The notes under the pieces: generated by a model
The model's database searches: none
What the model saw: the letters and a program-made list of their open reading frames with translations, nothing else
Told to the model about the DNA's origin: nothing
Translations under genes and position numbers: made by a program
In this document: positions 1-8,166 of the stretch, one piece after another
How positions within the stretch are numbered: the first letter of the stretch is position 1
Layout: the number at the start of each line of letters is the position of its first letter
Assembly (NCBI GenBank): GCA_964291675.2
Contig: OZ219866.1
Span: 29,408 to 53,407, forward strand
Reading direction: 5' to 3'
DNA: 24,000 nt
Origin: Alphaproteobacteria bacterium
GTDB lineage: Bacteria; Pseudomonadota; Alphaproteobacteria; MPNO01

Positions 1-302
1 TCGGAGGGAACCTGTCGTCCAATCAAGGCGTCGAAGAACCCGCTAAGCAATGAGCGCACATAATTTACTTCGCACACGGCCAGCCACGCGGTCGTGGACA
101 ATCCGGCAGTTCGTCCACGCTACGTCCTGCTACCGCCGCTCACCCATACACGACCCGTGGGCGACCCCGTGGGCGTCGAATTCCCAGAGCGCGGCAACGC
201 CTAAACGGGACCCCGCAATCTGATCGTGCCATTTGGGCTATAGCTGGCGACACAGCGGGCATTCAAGTAACAAGGCGGTAGGGAGCCGGTCGCAGCAGCG
301 AC

Positions 303-1199
303 TTGTCATGGTTTACCAGCCACACAGAAGGACCTTCAACCGTGGATGAGCAGGCGCTTGAGGCACTCGCCGAGTTCATTTGTGGAGACGACAAAGACAC
401 GGCTCCCGTCTATCGGTCGGGCAGCATGCTCACGCGGTTCTTCCAAACCGCTGGTCTCCCCCGATTTGTTCACGACGGGTCGACGCGCAAGTGGTGGACC
501 TTGAGCGCGCTGCAACAATGCACACCAGACGAACTTAGGAAGATCATATTGCGCCTGGCTTCACCCCGCGAATATCGAAGTGATGCTCCCTCAACGAGAA
601 AAGCGATCAACGCTCTCAACCACATTTTTCAGCTTGAAGGCCTACGCATCGACTTCAAGAACGGACAACCACTCATCGTGCCCGTTCCAATTGACTTTGA
701 CTTAGGTGCGGGTGCTGAAGAAAGGGAACTAGTTCCACAGCCTCCACCCGATTTCCTCGCCTTAGGTCTCGATGTAGGCATTGGTGACTTGCTGGACTTG
801 CGCTGGCGTGAAGCCCAACTATGCGTAGACAACGAGGCATATCTTTCAGCCACAATCGCCATGGGCAGCCTGCTAGAGGGACTATTGTTGGGCGTGCTTA
901 TGCATCGTCCCGAGGTAGCAAATCGCTCCAAATCTGCACCAAAAGACGCTACCGGAAAAGTGAAAGAGTTTCCAGATTGGACCTTATCTCAAATGATAGA
1001 TGTTGCTCATTCTGTCGGTTGGATCGATCTGGATGTCAAACGCTTTTCTCACGCTCTAAGGGAGTTTCGAAACCTCATTCACCCATACCAGCAATTGGCA
1101 TTGCGCACCAATCCTGATGCGGACACATGTGGAATAAGCTGGCTTGTCGTACAAGCTGCCGCAAATGATCTCGCTCGAGTGCTGACTTCGAAGAAATGA
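303..1199 (+). CDS. Hypothetical defence-type protein: AbiJ-N-terminal-like region plus C-terminal HEPN-like motif
   Basis: 298-aa ORF. TTG at 303 is the first in-frame start after a TAG at 279-281. An alternative GTG at 342 sits 9 nt after GAAGGA (327-332). The N-terminal stretch APVYRSGSMLTRFFQTAGL...STRKWWTLSAL...DELRKIILRLASPREY recalls the N-terminal domains of AbiJ-type abortive-infection proteins (from memory, not searched). The C-terminal LREFRNLIHPY fits the HEPN Rx4-6H motif only via the first Arg (R-x6-H). Confidence 0.5.
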   Translation: MSWFTSHTEGPSTVDEQALEALAEFICGDDKDTAPVYRSGSMLTRFFQTAGLPRFVHDGSTRKWWTLSALQQCTPDELRKIILRLASPREYRSDAPSTRKAINALNHIFQLEGLRIDFKNGQPLIVPVPIDFDLGAGAEERELVPQPPPDFLALGLDVGIGDLLDLRWREAQLCVDNEAYLSATIAMGSLLEGLLLGVLMHRPEVANRSKSAPKDATGKVKEFPDWTLSQMIDVAHSVGWIDLDVKRFSHALREFRNLIHPYQQLALRTNPDADTCGISWLVVQAAANDLARVLTSKK

Positions 1200-1379
1200 T
1201 GAAGCAAGAGCATCGCCCGCAACTATTGAAGGGGTGTCAAGTGGAGCAGGACCCGTTAGCCAGAATCACCGTTACCGGATTGCAGGCCGGCGAGAAAACA
1301 GGAGCCGTTCAACGGATGCGGTTTTCAAGTCAATTTTTCCCAAATACTTTGGAATTCTGACCATCGGAATGAAACTCGC

Positions 1380-2681
1380 ATGACCGCTGTCATCACAAAA
1401 CCGGCCGACCTGATCGATCCGGGAGACATTCAGGCGCTGGTAGCCGAGAACGTGCCGGAAAGCGCTCAGATCGAATTCAAGGAAAGCCTGCCGGTAGGCA
1501 AGGGCAGTACCGATGCGTGGCTTAACGGCGGAAGCAGGATCGGCGAATACGCAAGAAACCGGATTTTGGAAGAGGTCGTGGCGTTCGCCAATGCCTATGG
1601 TGGCGCCCTGGTCCTCGGCATTGCGGAGAATCGCGCCAAACCGCCCGTCGCTGCGGCGGTAACGCCGCTGCCGCGCTGCACCGACCTGGCGGAGCGTTTC
1701 AGGCTGATGTTTCGCGATTGCGTCGAACCGCAACTCCCGACGCTGGATATCGTCCCCGTTCCGACGGACGGCGATAAGGGGGTCATCGTGTTCCGAACGG
1801 GCCGGTCACGTCTCGGTCCCCATCGCATTGCGTCCACGTTGGTGTGCCCGGTCCGGCGTGCCGACCGGTGCGAGGCACTGAGCATGCGGGAAATCCGGGA
1901 CATGACCCTCAATCTTGCGCACGGCACGGAACGGCTGGAACGCCAACTACGGGAGCGTTCCAGGAAATTCGAGGAGGAATTCAAACGTCTCGAGACCCCC
2001 GACGACGCTTTCGGGTTTCGCATGACGGCCATCCCCGTCGGCGATGAAGTTCGTTTCGGGGCTGTCTTTACCGGAGGCAGCCTACTTGAAGGATTACGTC
2101 CGCCCCACGTCCAGGTCGGGCGCGGGTCAAACAACCGGGACTCCCGATTGCGCACCATTCGAAGCTTGCATGGCATGCACTTTCAAGACTGGCGACCGAT
2201 GCTCCGGGCAGCGCGCGCGCAGGAAAGTCACGACTGGAATAGAAGAGTGACAAGACACGCTTACGCCGAAGTCCACGCCGACGGCCTATTGGAGTGGGGA
2301 TTTGTCTCGAATCGTCTCGTCGGTGAGTTTCCTGACGATCCGGCGGAAACAAACTTCGACTCCGAAACGCCGATCTCGACGCTGGCTAGGCTTCTTGTTT
2401 GGGCGGACCGCGTGCGGCAGCAGGCATCGGCCCCGGGGGCGGAGTATGCGATTCAACCGCAGTTCAGGGTCACGGCGGACAGTATCAATGTTGGAGGCAA
2501 CGACGACAAAATCGTTGTTGGGACGATCGAACGGAACGATACCGATTTTCCTTTGTACCCCTTGGAGGCGTCCGGCGACATCAGCAATACGGTTTCCCGC
2601 TTCGAGAGGGATTTCTGGAACTACTTCCGCCAAGATCCGGGTTGGAGGAGTCGCGAGCCATTGGCCATCACTCAGGCATGA
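1380..2681 (+). CDS. AlbA_2 / Schlafen-type putative nucleic-acid-binding domain protein with unknown C-terminal domain
   Basis: 433-aa ORF with ATG at 1380. The N-terminus (SAQIEFKESLP ... ILEEVVAFANAYGGALVLGIAE) carries the E-F-K ... A-F-A-N-x-x-G-G-x-L-x-x-G-I hallmark of Pfam AlbA_2 (PF04326). The C-terminal ~250 aa has no motif I recognise. Overlapping ORFs on both strands are Arg/Pro-rich shadows. Confidence 0.75.
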   Translation: MTAVITKPADLIDPGDIQALVAENVPESAQIEFKESLPVGKGSTDAWLNGGSRIGEYARNRILEEVVAFANAYGGALVLGIAENRAKPPVAAAVTPLPRCTDLAERFRLMFRDCVEPQLPTLDIVPVPTDGDKGVIVFRTGRSRLGPHRIASTLVCPVRRADRCEALSMREIRDMTLNLAHGTERLERQLRERSRKFEEEFKRLETPDDAFGFRMTAIPVGDEVRFGAVFTGGSLLEGLRPPHVQVGRGSNNRDSRLRTIRSLHGMHFQDWRPMLRAARAQESHDWNRRVTRHAYAEVHADGLLEWGFVSNRLVGEFPDDPAETNFDSETPISTLARLLVWADRVRQQASAPGAEYAIQPQFRVTADSINVGGNDDKIVVGTIERNDTDFPLYPLEASGDISNTVSRFERDFWNYFRQDPGWRSREPLAITQA

Positions 2682-2699
2682 CCGCCTGAGTTGCCCCGA

Positions 2700-3042
2700 C
2701 CGCCGAATGCGCCCGGAGCCATCAGTCCGAGAAGCCGCTTCCGATCTAGAAGCGCCTCAACCGAGACTTGAAGTACCGGAGGATCGCGTTCTCCGGCTAT
2801 CCGACAGCCTCAAAGCCGACATGGACACGCCGCCGGACGTTTCTCACGCAGTGTGATCTATGGCACTCCTTCGTCTCGTGGCCGCTCGCGCCCGGCGAAG
2901 GACTGCCGATCATCGGCCGGCTGCTCGGTCACATAAGGTGGAGCCACCGCGCTCTATACGCATCTCGCCCGCCACTCCCTGAGCTAATCTACCCAGCGCA
3001 CCGCCTTGAACATCGCGGCCGACATTCTTTAAGCCTCTACTG
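2700..3042 (+). pseudogene. Tyrosine recombinase/integrase C-terminal catalytic-domain remnant (frameshifted, catalytic residues lost)
   Basis: Frame of ORF 2768..3094 reads CDLWHSFVSWPLAPGEGLPIIGRLLGH, against the integrase box HDLRHSFAS.ALA.GE.LP.IGKLLGH. The H and R of the HxxR box are replaced (C..W, nt 2852-2872). After GH the match continues in another frame (ATTALYTHLARHSLS, nt ~2945-2995, the Y-containing box) and in a third frame (RTALNIAADIL*). An upstream frame gives VLRLSDSLKAD, like the SKTG strand. At least 2 frameshifts and no N-terminal domain. The left edge is approximate. Confidence 0.65.
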
Positions 3043-3165
3043 TGCAGAACCGCGACCACTGGGCATGTACGAAGTCACGGTGCAATCTGCGTAATCACGC
3101 ACGCGCTTTGGAGTTTACCGCAACCATTTACGGCGCGCCCCTTCCCCATCTCAGCGGCATCCGGA

Positions 3166-4800
3166 CTACCGGATACGAAACCGATTCCGCAACGCCAGCA
3201 ACAACAAGAATAGCAGCGCCGTGGACCCGACCGTCTGCACAACTCCGAGAAATGATATTGCACTTGGCACCAATGCCACGCATCCATCGCCAATACCATA
3301 AAGACTGGAATGAAATGACGGAATCCTGTCACCCAAACCGGAGAATGCTGGCAAACTTCGGTGGGTGGATAGTGCAAGCGCGGCTATCCAGGGCTCAACA
3401 AACTCAGACCCGGAGCACCTCCTCGACATGTCCATGCCATCCACATCAGGGCGGATCGTCAGATAGAGTGCCCAAAATGCAAGCAACCAGATCAGCCAGC
3501 ACACAAGCGGACGAAATACCGACCGCCCAAAATCTGAAAGCAACTGATAGAGTACACCGAACCAGAAGAACGCATGCCAGGGTTTATCTGTAATCCAGCG
3601 TGAGGTCAGCATCTCCTCTCGAAAAAAAAACAGCTCACGCTGATGATCGTGACCTTGGGTTGCAAGCCGCTTCAAGGTTCGCCAGCGTACTCCCAGTTCT
3701 CTCCTTTGTTGTTTCAGCTCCTGCCATTTTTCTCCGGCATCTGCATTGGAATTTCTTTTGAATGCGTTCGAGAGCGCAGCACGGAACAGCCCGTTCTCAT
3801 TCCGTGCCTGAATTTCAAAATTGTCCAAACGAGGAGCTTCCACAAAGGTCGCCTGGTCAAAGTTCGGCACGTCCGAAAAGGAGGCATTGGCCATGGTGAA
3901 GGCTGATCGTGCCTCAACTGCCTGAAAGCTCACACGACCTCGATACTTTGTATGGTCGAATATCGCATATCTCCCAAAGCGCGCAGCAGAGAACGCTGCG
4001 TCCCCCTCGAAGGTGCAATATTCAAACCGAGCTCCACCTTTGAAGAAGGCATTGTTGAACCGGGCCATTTGCTGAAATACCACCCTTGCGAACCAAGCCT
4101 CGCCATCGAAGATTGCACTTTCGAACCGAACCGCACCGCTGAACGACCCAAAACTTGCGTCACCTCCAAAATGGGCATGCATGAAGAAGCTCTGATCTTC
4201 AAGTCTTGCTTCACGATAGTGGACATTTCCCTTGAAATAGGCATTCTCAAACGTAACGCCATCCTTGAACGATGCATCAAAGTATGAGTCAATTCCCTTG
4301 CATGAAATGGAATGGAACATGGCATAGTTGTGGAAAGTCGATTCTTGAAAAAACACAATTCCCCGGAATGATGACTTGCTAAAATTGGTTGTTCCTTTGT
4401 GGTCTGTTTTCCTGAAGTCTGCGGTGCTTCGAAATGTCGACTTTCCAAAGTGTGCATCACCTTCAAAACTAGCTTCTTCAAACCACGTATCCTGACCAAA
4501 ATCAGTCCCAATAAAACATATCTCGTTCTTGAACACCGCCTGCTTGAACTTGGCCTCTGCCTCGAATTTAGTATCAATAAACCATGAGTTTCCTGAAAAA
4601 ACTGTACCGGAGAAATTGGCAGGACCAGGAAACGTAAATCCCGAGAACTCAGCGTTTCCGAACACATGGAAAGAAAAATCGACGCTTGCCTCTTTCTTCC
4701 ACTCATCACTATCCTTCTGCCGTGCAAGAAGGTCCGTGGCCCAAGCGTTCCACGAATCCCTTCCTTGACGGTACAATGCCAGCGATTGGTCCTTGTTCAT
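3166..4800 (-). CDS. Pentapeptide-repeat protein with C-terminal multi-TM membrane domain
   Basis: 544-aa ORF, visibly AT-richer than its flanks. Residues ~40-320 are continuous 5-residue periodic repeats (ANFSGTVFSGNSWFIDTKFEAEAKFKQAVF...; F/A at every 5th position), as in Pfam Pentapeptide PF00805. The C-terminal ~145 aa (nt 3166-3603) has hydrophobic helices (FFWFGVLYQLL, PLVCWLIWLLAFWALYLTI, AISFLGVVQTVGSTALLFLLLLAL) and two G-x-G-D motifs (SGLGD at nt 3328-3342; YGIGDG). Confidence 0.85.
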   Translation of the reverse strand: MNKDQSLALYRQGRDSWNAWATDLLARQKDSDEWKKEASVDFSFHVFGNAEFSGFTFPGPANFSGTVFSGNSWFIDTKFEAEAKFKQAVFKNEICFIGTDFGQDTWFEEASFEGDAHFGKSTFRSTADFRKTDHKGTTNFSKSSFRGIVFFQESTFHNYAMFHSISCKGIDSYFDASFKDGVTFENAYFKGNVHYREARLEDQSFFMHAHFGGDASFGSFSGAVRFESAIFDGEAWFARVVFQQMARFNNAFFKGGARFEYCTFEGDAAFSAARFGRYAIFDHTKYRGRVSFQAVEARSAFTMANASFSDVPNFDQATFVEAPRLDNFEIQARNENGLFRAALSNAFKRNSNADAGEKWQELKQQRRELGVRWRTLKRLATQGHDHQRELFFFREEMLTSRWITDKPWHAFFWFGVLYQLLSDFGRSVFRPLVCWLIWLLAFWALYLTIRPDVDGMDMSRRCSGSEFVEPWIAALALSTHRSLPAFSGLGDRIPSFHSSLYGIGDGCVALVPSAISFLGVVQTVGSTALLFLLLLALRNRFRIR

Positions 4801-4889
4801 ACGCTCAACTCTGCGGCAACTTCATCGTCAAGGGCTTGTAGGGATTGGTCTTGGCCTCAATGACTCTTGTCTCTGAGATTTACCAAGCT

Positions 4890-5440
4890 GCGACTTTCTA
4901 TTCATCCCTAACGGTTGCGACAAGGCTTCATGATCCGGGATCCCAGTGTCCCACCCGTAGGCCGCAGCGTCGAGCGTTACATGCGCGTCGGCGAGCCATT
5001 GGGGGCGGGCATTGTAGAGATTCGTCAACGTGCCGGCCTTGAGTTCCTTAGTTGTCCTCTCGTCGCGGCGACGGGGCGCTTGGAGTAGCCCGGTACCGGC
5101 TCGTCCACCCACACCACCCATTCGGGCGGGTTGGGCCAGCGGTCGCGCACTTCGACCAGCCGCCGCGCGGCGTTGGCGACGGCGCGGGGATCGCCGGCGT
5201 AGTCGGCCGCCGGGATAGTGGGGGAGACGCCGTCCGGGAAGGGGAAGGTCTCGAAGGTCGTGGTCCGCGTGTAGCGCGGATCGTTGCCCTTGCCGAGCCA
5301 CGTCCCCAGCCGCAGCGACCATGCCTCGTGAAACCGGCTGTGGAGTATGCCGAAGGTGGTGTCGTCGTCGCGCGCTACGACGATGAGCTGATGGTCCGGA
5401 CAGATCCGCCAGGGTCTCGATGCCGTCGGGACGGACTTGC
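4890..5440 (-). pseudogene. C-terminal remnant of an MmeI-like (type IIL/IIG) N6-adenine DNA methyltransferase/restriction enzyme, frameshifted and 5'-truncated
   Basis: One minus frame (ORF 5025..5576) reads LIVVARDDDTTFGILHSRFHEAWSLRLGTWLGKGNDPRYTRTTTFETFPFPDG...DPRAVANAARRLVEVRDRW. After a frameshift near 5040-5060 a second frame (ORF 4828..5859) continues LKAGTLTNLYNARPQWLADAHVTLDAAAYGWDTGIPDHEAL. The motifs F-E-T-F-P-F-P and RTLTNLYN..P.WL..AH..LD.AV..AYGW are typical of the MmeI-family C-terminus. No methyltransferase catalytic or N-terminal nuclease part is present. Edges are approximate. Confidence 0.7.
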
Positions 5441-6261
5441 GAGCGGCCATTCCCGATATTGGGGTGCAGGCGACGGATCCATCCGCGACGGATGCGCTGC
5501 AGCTGACCCTGGCGCTGGACGGATGTCGCATCAAGATCGAGGTCTCTCCGGTCTCGCGCGGCACGGTGTGGCCCACCGAGATGCGGGAGGTTGTCGCGAC
5601 GGTCGAAGAGAGCCTCGGCTACTCCGAGAACCGGTTCCTGTCGTTCAACGATGTCTATGCAGGCGCGTCCCGCTCCGTCCTCGCCATGACCCACGGTCTT
5701 CACGACTTCAGTGATCTTTCTCCGACCCGGGAACGCAAACAACTCGAAAACGACCTGCGCAGTCAATATGACGAGTATTTCAACGAGGATCGGGGCGAGT
5801 GGGATGCCGACCCCGTCTACACGGCGGAGGAAGCAAATCGGGAAGCCAACCCTCACCATCGCTACCGACTTTTCACCTTCAGTAATTTCCTTACCACCCT
5901 CGACATGGTCTCAAAATTTCAGGACACCATCGAAGAAATCCTCGCTGACGCCCATGCGGGGTCGGTCCTCCTCATGATTGGCGCCACGGGCGGTTGCTAC
6001 CCAACGATCCGAGAGCGTGTTGCCAAGTTGGCGGAGGTCGGTCGTTTTCGACATCACCACGGCATCTCCGCCCAGGCAGGCGCAGATGAGACGTTCGAGC
6101 AACGGTTACGCGAAGAAATCCGCTCTTTCTACCACCGTCTCAAGCGATTGGCAGTCGACTTGCCCGCAAATGGACCAGTTGGCGCCAAGCTCCAAAGCGA
6201 ACTGGAAAACCATCGTCCGATGACGTTCAATAGCAGCACAGTCCTTGCATTTCGGAAGTGA
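5437..6261 (+). pseudogene. Chimeric ORF: internal fragment of an AbiEii/AbiGii-family nucleotidyltransferase (to ~5715) fused in frame to an unrelated, AT-richer C-terminal segment of unknown function
   Basis: The first ~90 codons read LALDGCRIKIEVSPVSRGTVWPTEMREVVATVEESLGYSE.RFLSFNDVYAG....L......LHDFSDL. This parallels the central I-K-I-E-V-N...RG ... L-S-F-E-D-L-Y-A-G-K...RDLFD region of AbiEii toxins (PF08843). The N-terminal NTase motif is absent. From ~5715 both composition and sequence change (RYRLFTFSNFLTTLDMVSKFQDTIEEILADAHAGSVLLMIGATGG...), and I recognise no family. Confidence 0.5.
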
Positions 6262-6382
6262 TTCGGATTGCAGTTCATCGAATCGGCACGGCCCAATCCA
6301 AATGCGCTCCTTTCTCTGTCCAACCACATCGTGTCGTGATACACTGTCGGACGATCCATCCTATTGACCGACGATTACTCAC

Positions 6383-7009
6383 ATGACGCCCGCGCTCACG
6401 ACGTCTCAGAAAGATCGGGCTGTCGCCCTTCTCAAGGTCCACGGCCCCATGCGTGGCATCGAGCTCAGCGACGCCGGCATCCACCCGGAAACCCTCGCGC
6501 GCATGCTCAAGGACCAGACCCTCACCCGCGTCACCCGCGGCCTCTACCAGCTCGCCGATGCCGAAGTGACGGCACCCCACAACCTCGCCGAGGTTGCGAA
6601 GCTGGTACCCCAAGGCGTTATCTGCCTCGTCTCCGCCCTTCAGTTCCACGAACTCACGCTCCAGATGCCCGGCCGGGTCTGGCTTGCCATAGCTTCAAGA
6701 GCGCGAAAGCCGAAGTTCCACTATCCCCCGACCCGAGTCGTGCGGTTTGGCCCGCGGGCCCTTTCCCTCGGCGTGCAGACTCACACCGTCGACGGCGTGT
6801 CCGTGCCCATTTTCGATCCAGCCAAGACGGTCGTCGATTGTTTTCGGTTCAGACAGCACGTTGGTCTCGATGTCGCGCTCGAAGGTCTCCACAACGTCGT
6901 GAGGTCCGGTAAGGCCAAACCGGCGCAGATCGTTGACTACGCCCGCGATATCCGCATCTGGTCCGTCCTCCGGCCCTATCTGGAAACGGTGGTCGCCGAT
7001 GGCGCGTGA
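6383..7009 (+). CDS. abiEi: Type IV toxin-antitoxin AbiEi-family antitoxin / transcriptional regulator
   Basis: 208-aa ORF. The N-terminal wHTH-like region ends in the TRVTRGLYQL motif. This is followed by VICLVSALQFHELTLQMP and a C-terminal domain typical of AbiEi. Its stop (7007-7009) overlaps the start of the next gene. Confidence 0.85.
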   Translation: MTPALTTSQKDRAVALLKVHGPMRGIELSDAGIHPETLARMLKDQTLTRVTRGLYQLADAEVTAPHNLAEVAKLVPQGVICLVSALQFHELTLQMPGRVWLAIASRARKPKFHYPPTRVVRFGPRALSLGVQTHTVDGVSVPIFDPAKTVVDCFRFRQHVGLDVALEGLHNVVRSGKAKPAQIVDYARDIRIWSVLRPYLETVVADGA

Positions 7010-7922
7010 ACCGAAAAATGTCGCAGCGTCAGTACGCGCGCAGCTGCAAAACCTCGCCAGGGAGCAACAGGCCAATTTCCAGCGCGTGCTTACCCGATAC
7101 GCTCTCGAAAGGTTTCTCTTCCGACTCAGCGTCTCGCCTCACAAGGAGCTCTTCGTCCTCAAGGGCGCCATGCTCTACGCCGCATGGCTCGAAGATCCGT
7201 TCCGCACGACCCGCGACCTCGACCTGCTCTCCCTCGTCGACCGCGAGACGACGCCCCTCCTTGAGACAATTCGCGACGTCTGCGCTCAGCCAGTCGCGGA
7301 CGACGGATTGCGCTTCGATACCGAGAACATCTTCGCAGCGCCGTTTGACGAGGAACGCACCCATGGCGCCTTTCGGGTCCGCACCTCGGCCCAACTCGGA
7401 ACCGCCATTGCCCCGGTCCAAATCGATGTCGGTTTCGGAGACACCGTCACCCCTGGCCCTCTGGAGCTCGAGTATCCCGTCCTTCTCGATCAGCCGACGC
7501 CCACCCTCTACGCGTACCCACGAGAAACCGTGGCCGCCGAGAAGTTCGAAGCCATCGTTGCACTCGACCTCGCGAACAGCCGCATGAAGGACTTCTACGA
7601 CGTTCTCGCGATGTCGCGGCTCTTCTCGTTCGATGGAATGACCCTCGCCGCCGCGATTCGGGCTACCTTTGAAACGCGTGGGACCACCATTCCACACGAA
7701 CGCCCTCCGCCCCTCACGCACGCATTCTCGGACGACCCCCAAAAGCTCCGGCAATGGCGATCGTTTCTCACCCGAGACCCGCTGTTGATCGACGAACCTG
7801 ACCTGCGCACCGTCATTCGTGAAGTCGGGGACTTCATCATGCCGGCAGCCCTCGCGGCCCTCGATGATCGCCACATCGCTGGACAGTGGACGTCCGACAG
7901 CGGTTGGGGGCTGGCCACATGA
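6999..7922 (+). CDS. abiEii: Type IV toxin-antitoxin AbiEii-family nucleotidyltransferase toxin
   Basis: ATG at 6999 is in frame with ORF 6933..7922 and overlaps the abiEi stop by 11 nt (ATGGCGCGTGA). MAREPKNVAASVRAQLQNLAREQQANFQRVLTRYALERFLFRLS...FVLKGAMLY...TRDLDLL is the canonical AbiEii (PF08843) N-terminus and NTase motif. Confidence 0.85.
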   Translation: MAREPKNVAASVRAQLQNLAREQQANFQRVLTRYALERFLFRLSVSPHKELFVLKGAMLYAAWLEDPFRTTRDLDLLSLVDRETTPLLETIRDVCAQPVADDGLRFDTENIFAAPFDEERTHGAFRVRTSAQLGTAIAPVQIDVGFGDTVTPGPLELEYPVLLDQPTPTLYAYPRETVAAEKFEAIVALDLANSRMKDFYDVLAMSRLFSFDGMTLAAAIRATFETRGTTIPHERPPPLTHAFSDDPQKLRQWRSFLTRDPLLIDEPDLRTVIREVGDFIMPAALAALDDRHIAGQWTSDSGWGLAT

Positions 7923-8060
7923 CCGCGCCGAATTGGGATGCCATTTTCATCAGCCGCACCAACCCGGAGGATAACGCATTTGCCTTCTGGCTCGGGGCGC
8001 GCTTGATGGCGGCCGGGTACGAGCTCCAGGCAGGCGTGCTCAAACAACGCGGCGGCCAAG
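7919..8060 (+). pseudogene. TIR-domain-like N-terminal stub, translationally coupled to abiEii, degenerate and truncated
   Basis: ATG 7919 overlaps the abiEii stop (ATGA, 7919-7922). MTAPNWDAIFISRTNPEDNAFAFWLGARLMAAGYELQAGVLKQRGGQAW parallels bacterial TIR N-termini (D-V-F-I-S-H...ED-N-x-F...W-L...L...G-Y-x-V-W-x-D...L-x-G-G-x-x-W), but with SR in place of SH and LQAG in place of VWxD. Similarity is lost after ~8060 and the rest of ORF 7886..8320 is low-complexity. The right edge is approximate. Confidence 0.35.
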
Positions 8061-8166
8061 CCTGGCAATGCTTGCTAGGGGCGCGGCCACTCCAGTACTC
8101 CGCTCAGCAAACGGAATGGGCGAGAAGCCGCTTGCCGATCCCTTCCTCCAGGAAACGACCTCACGA

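Noticed and set aside
1-63. Open frame ending at TAA 61-63 (SEGTCRPIKASKNPLSNERT*), possibly the 3' end of an upstream gene.
   Set aside because: Only 20 codons are visible. There is no way to establish coding status or identity from this window.
154-175. Tandem near-repeat CCCGTGGGCG (154-163 and 166-175) in the leftmost non-coding region.
   Set aside because: There are only two short copies and no dyad symmetry or nearby promoter elements I can identify. This is insufficient to call a binding site.
3640-4800. Several 60-265-aa ORFs on both strands inside the pentapeptide gene (e.g. 3930..4727 minus, 3952..4287 plus).
   Set aside because: They overlap a frame with unmistakable 5-residue periodicity across its whole length. 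They are alternative-frame readings of repetitive sequence.
4828-5859. 343-aa minus-strand ORF taken as one intact gene.
   Set aside because: Only its C-terminal ~60 codons (LKAGTLTNLYNARPQWL...) carry recognisable methyltransferase sequence. The remainder is Arg-rich junk. The true homology continues in another frame (5025..5576), so this is a frameshifted remnant and not a 343-aa protein.
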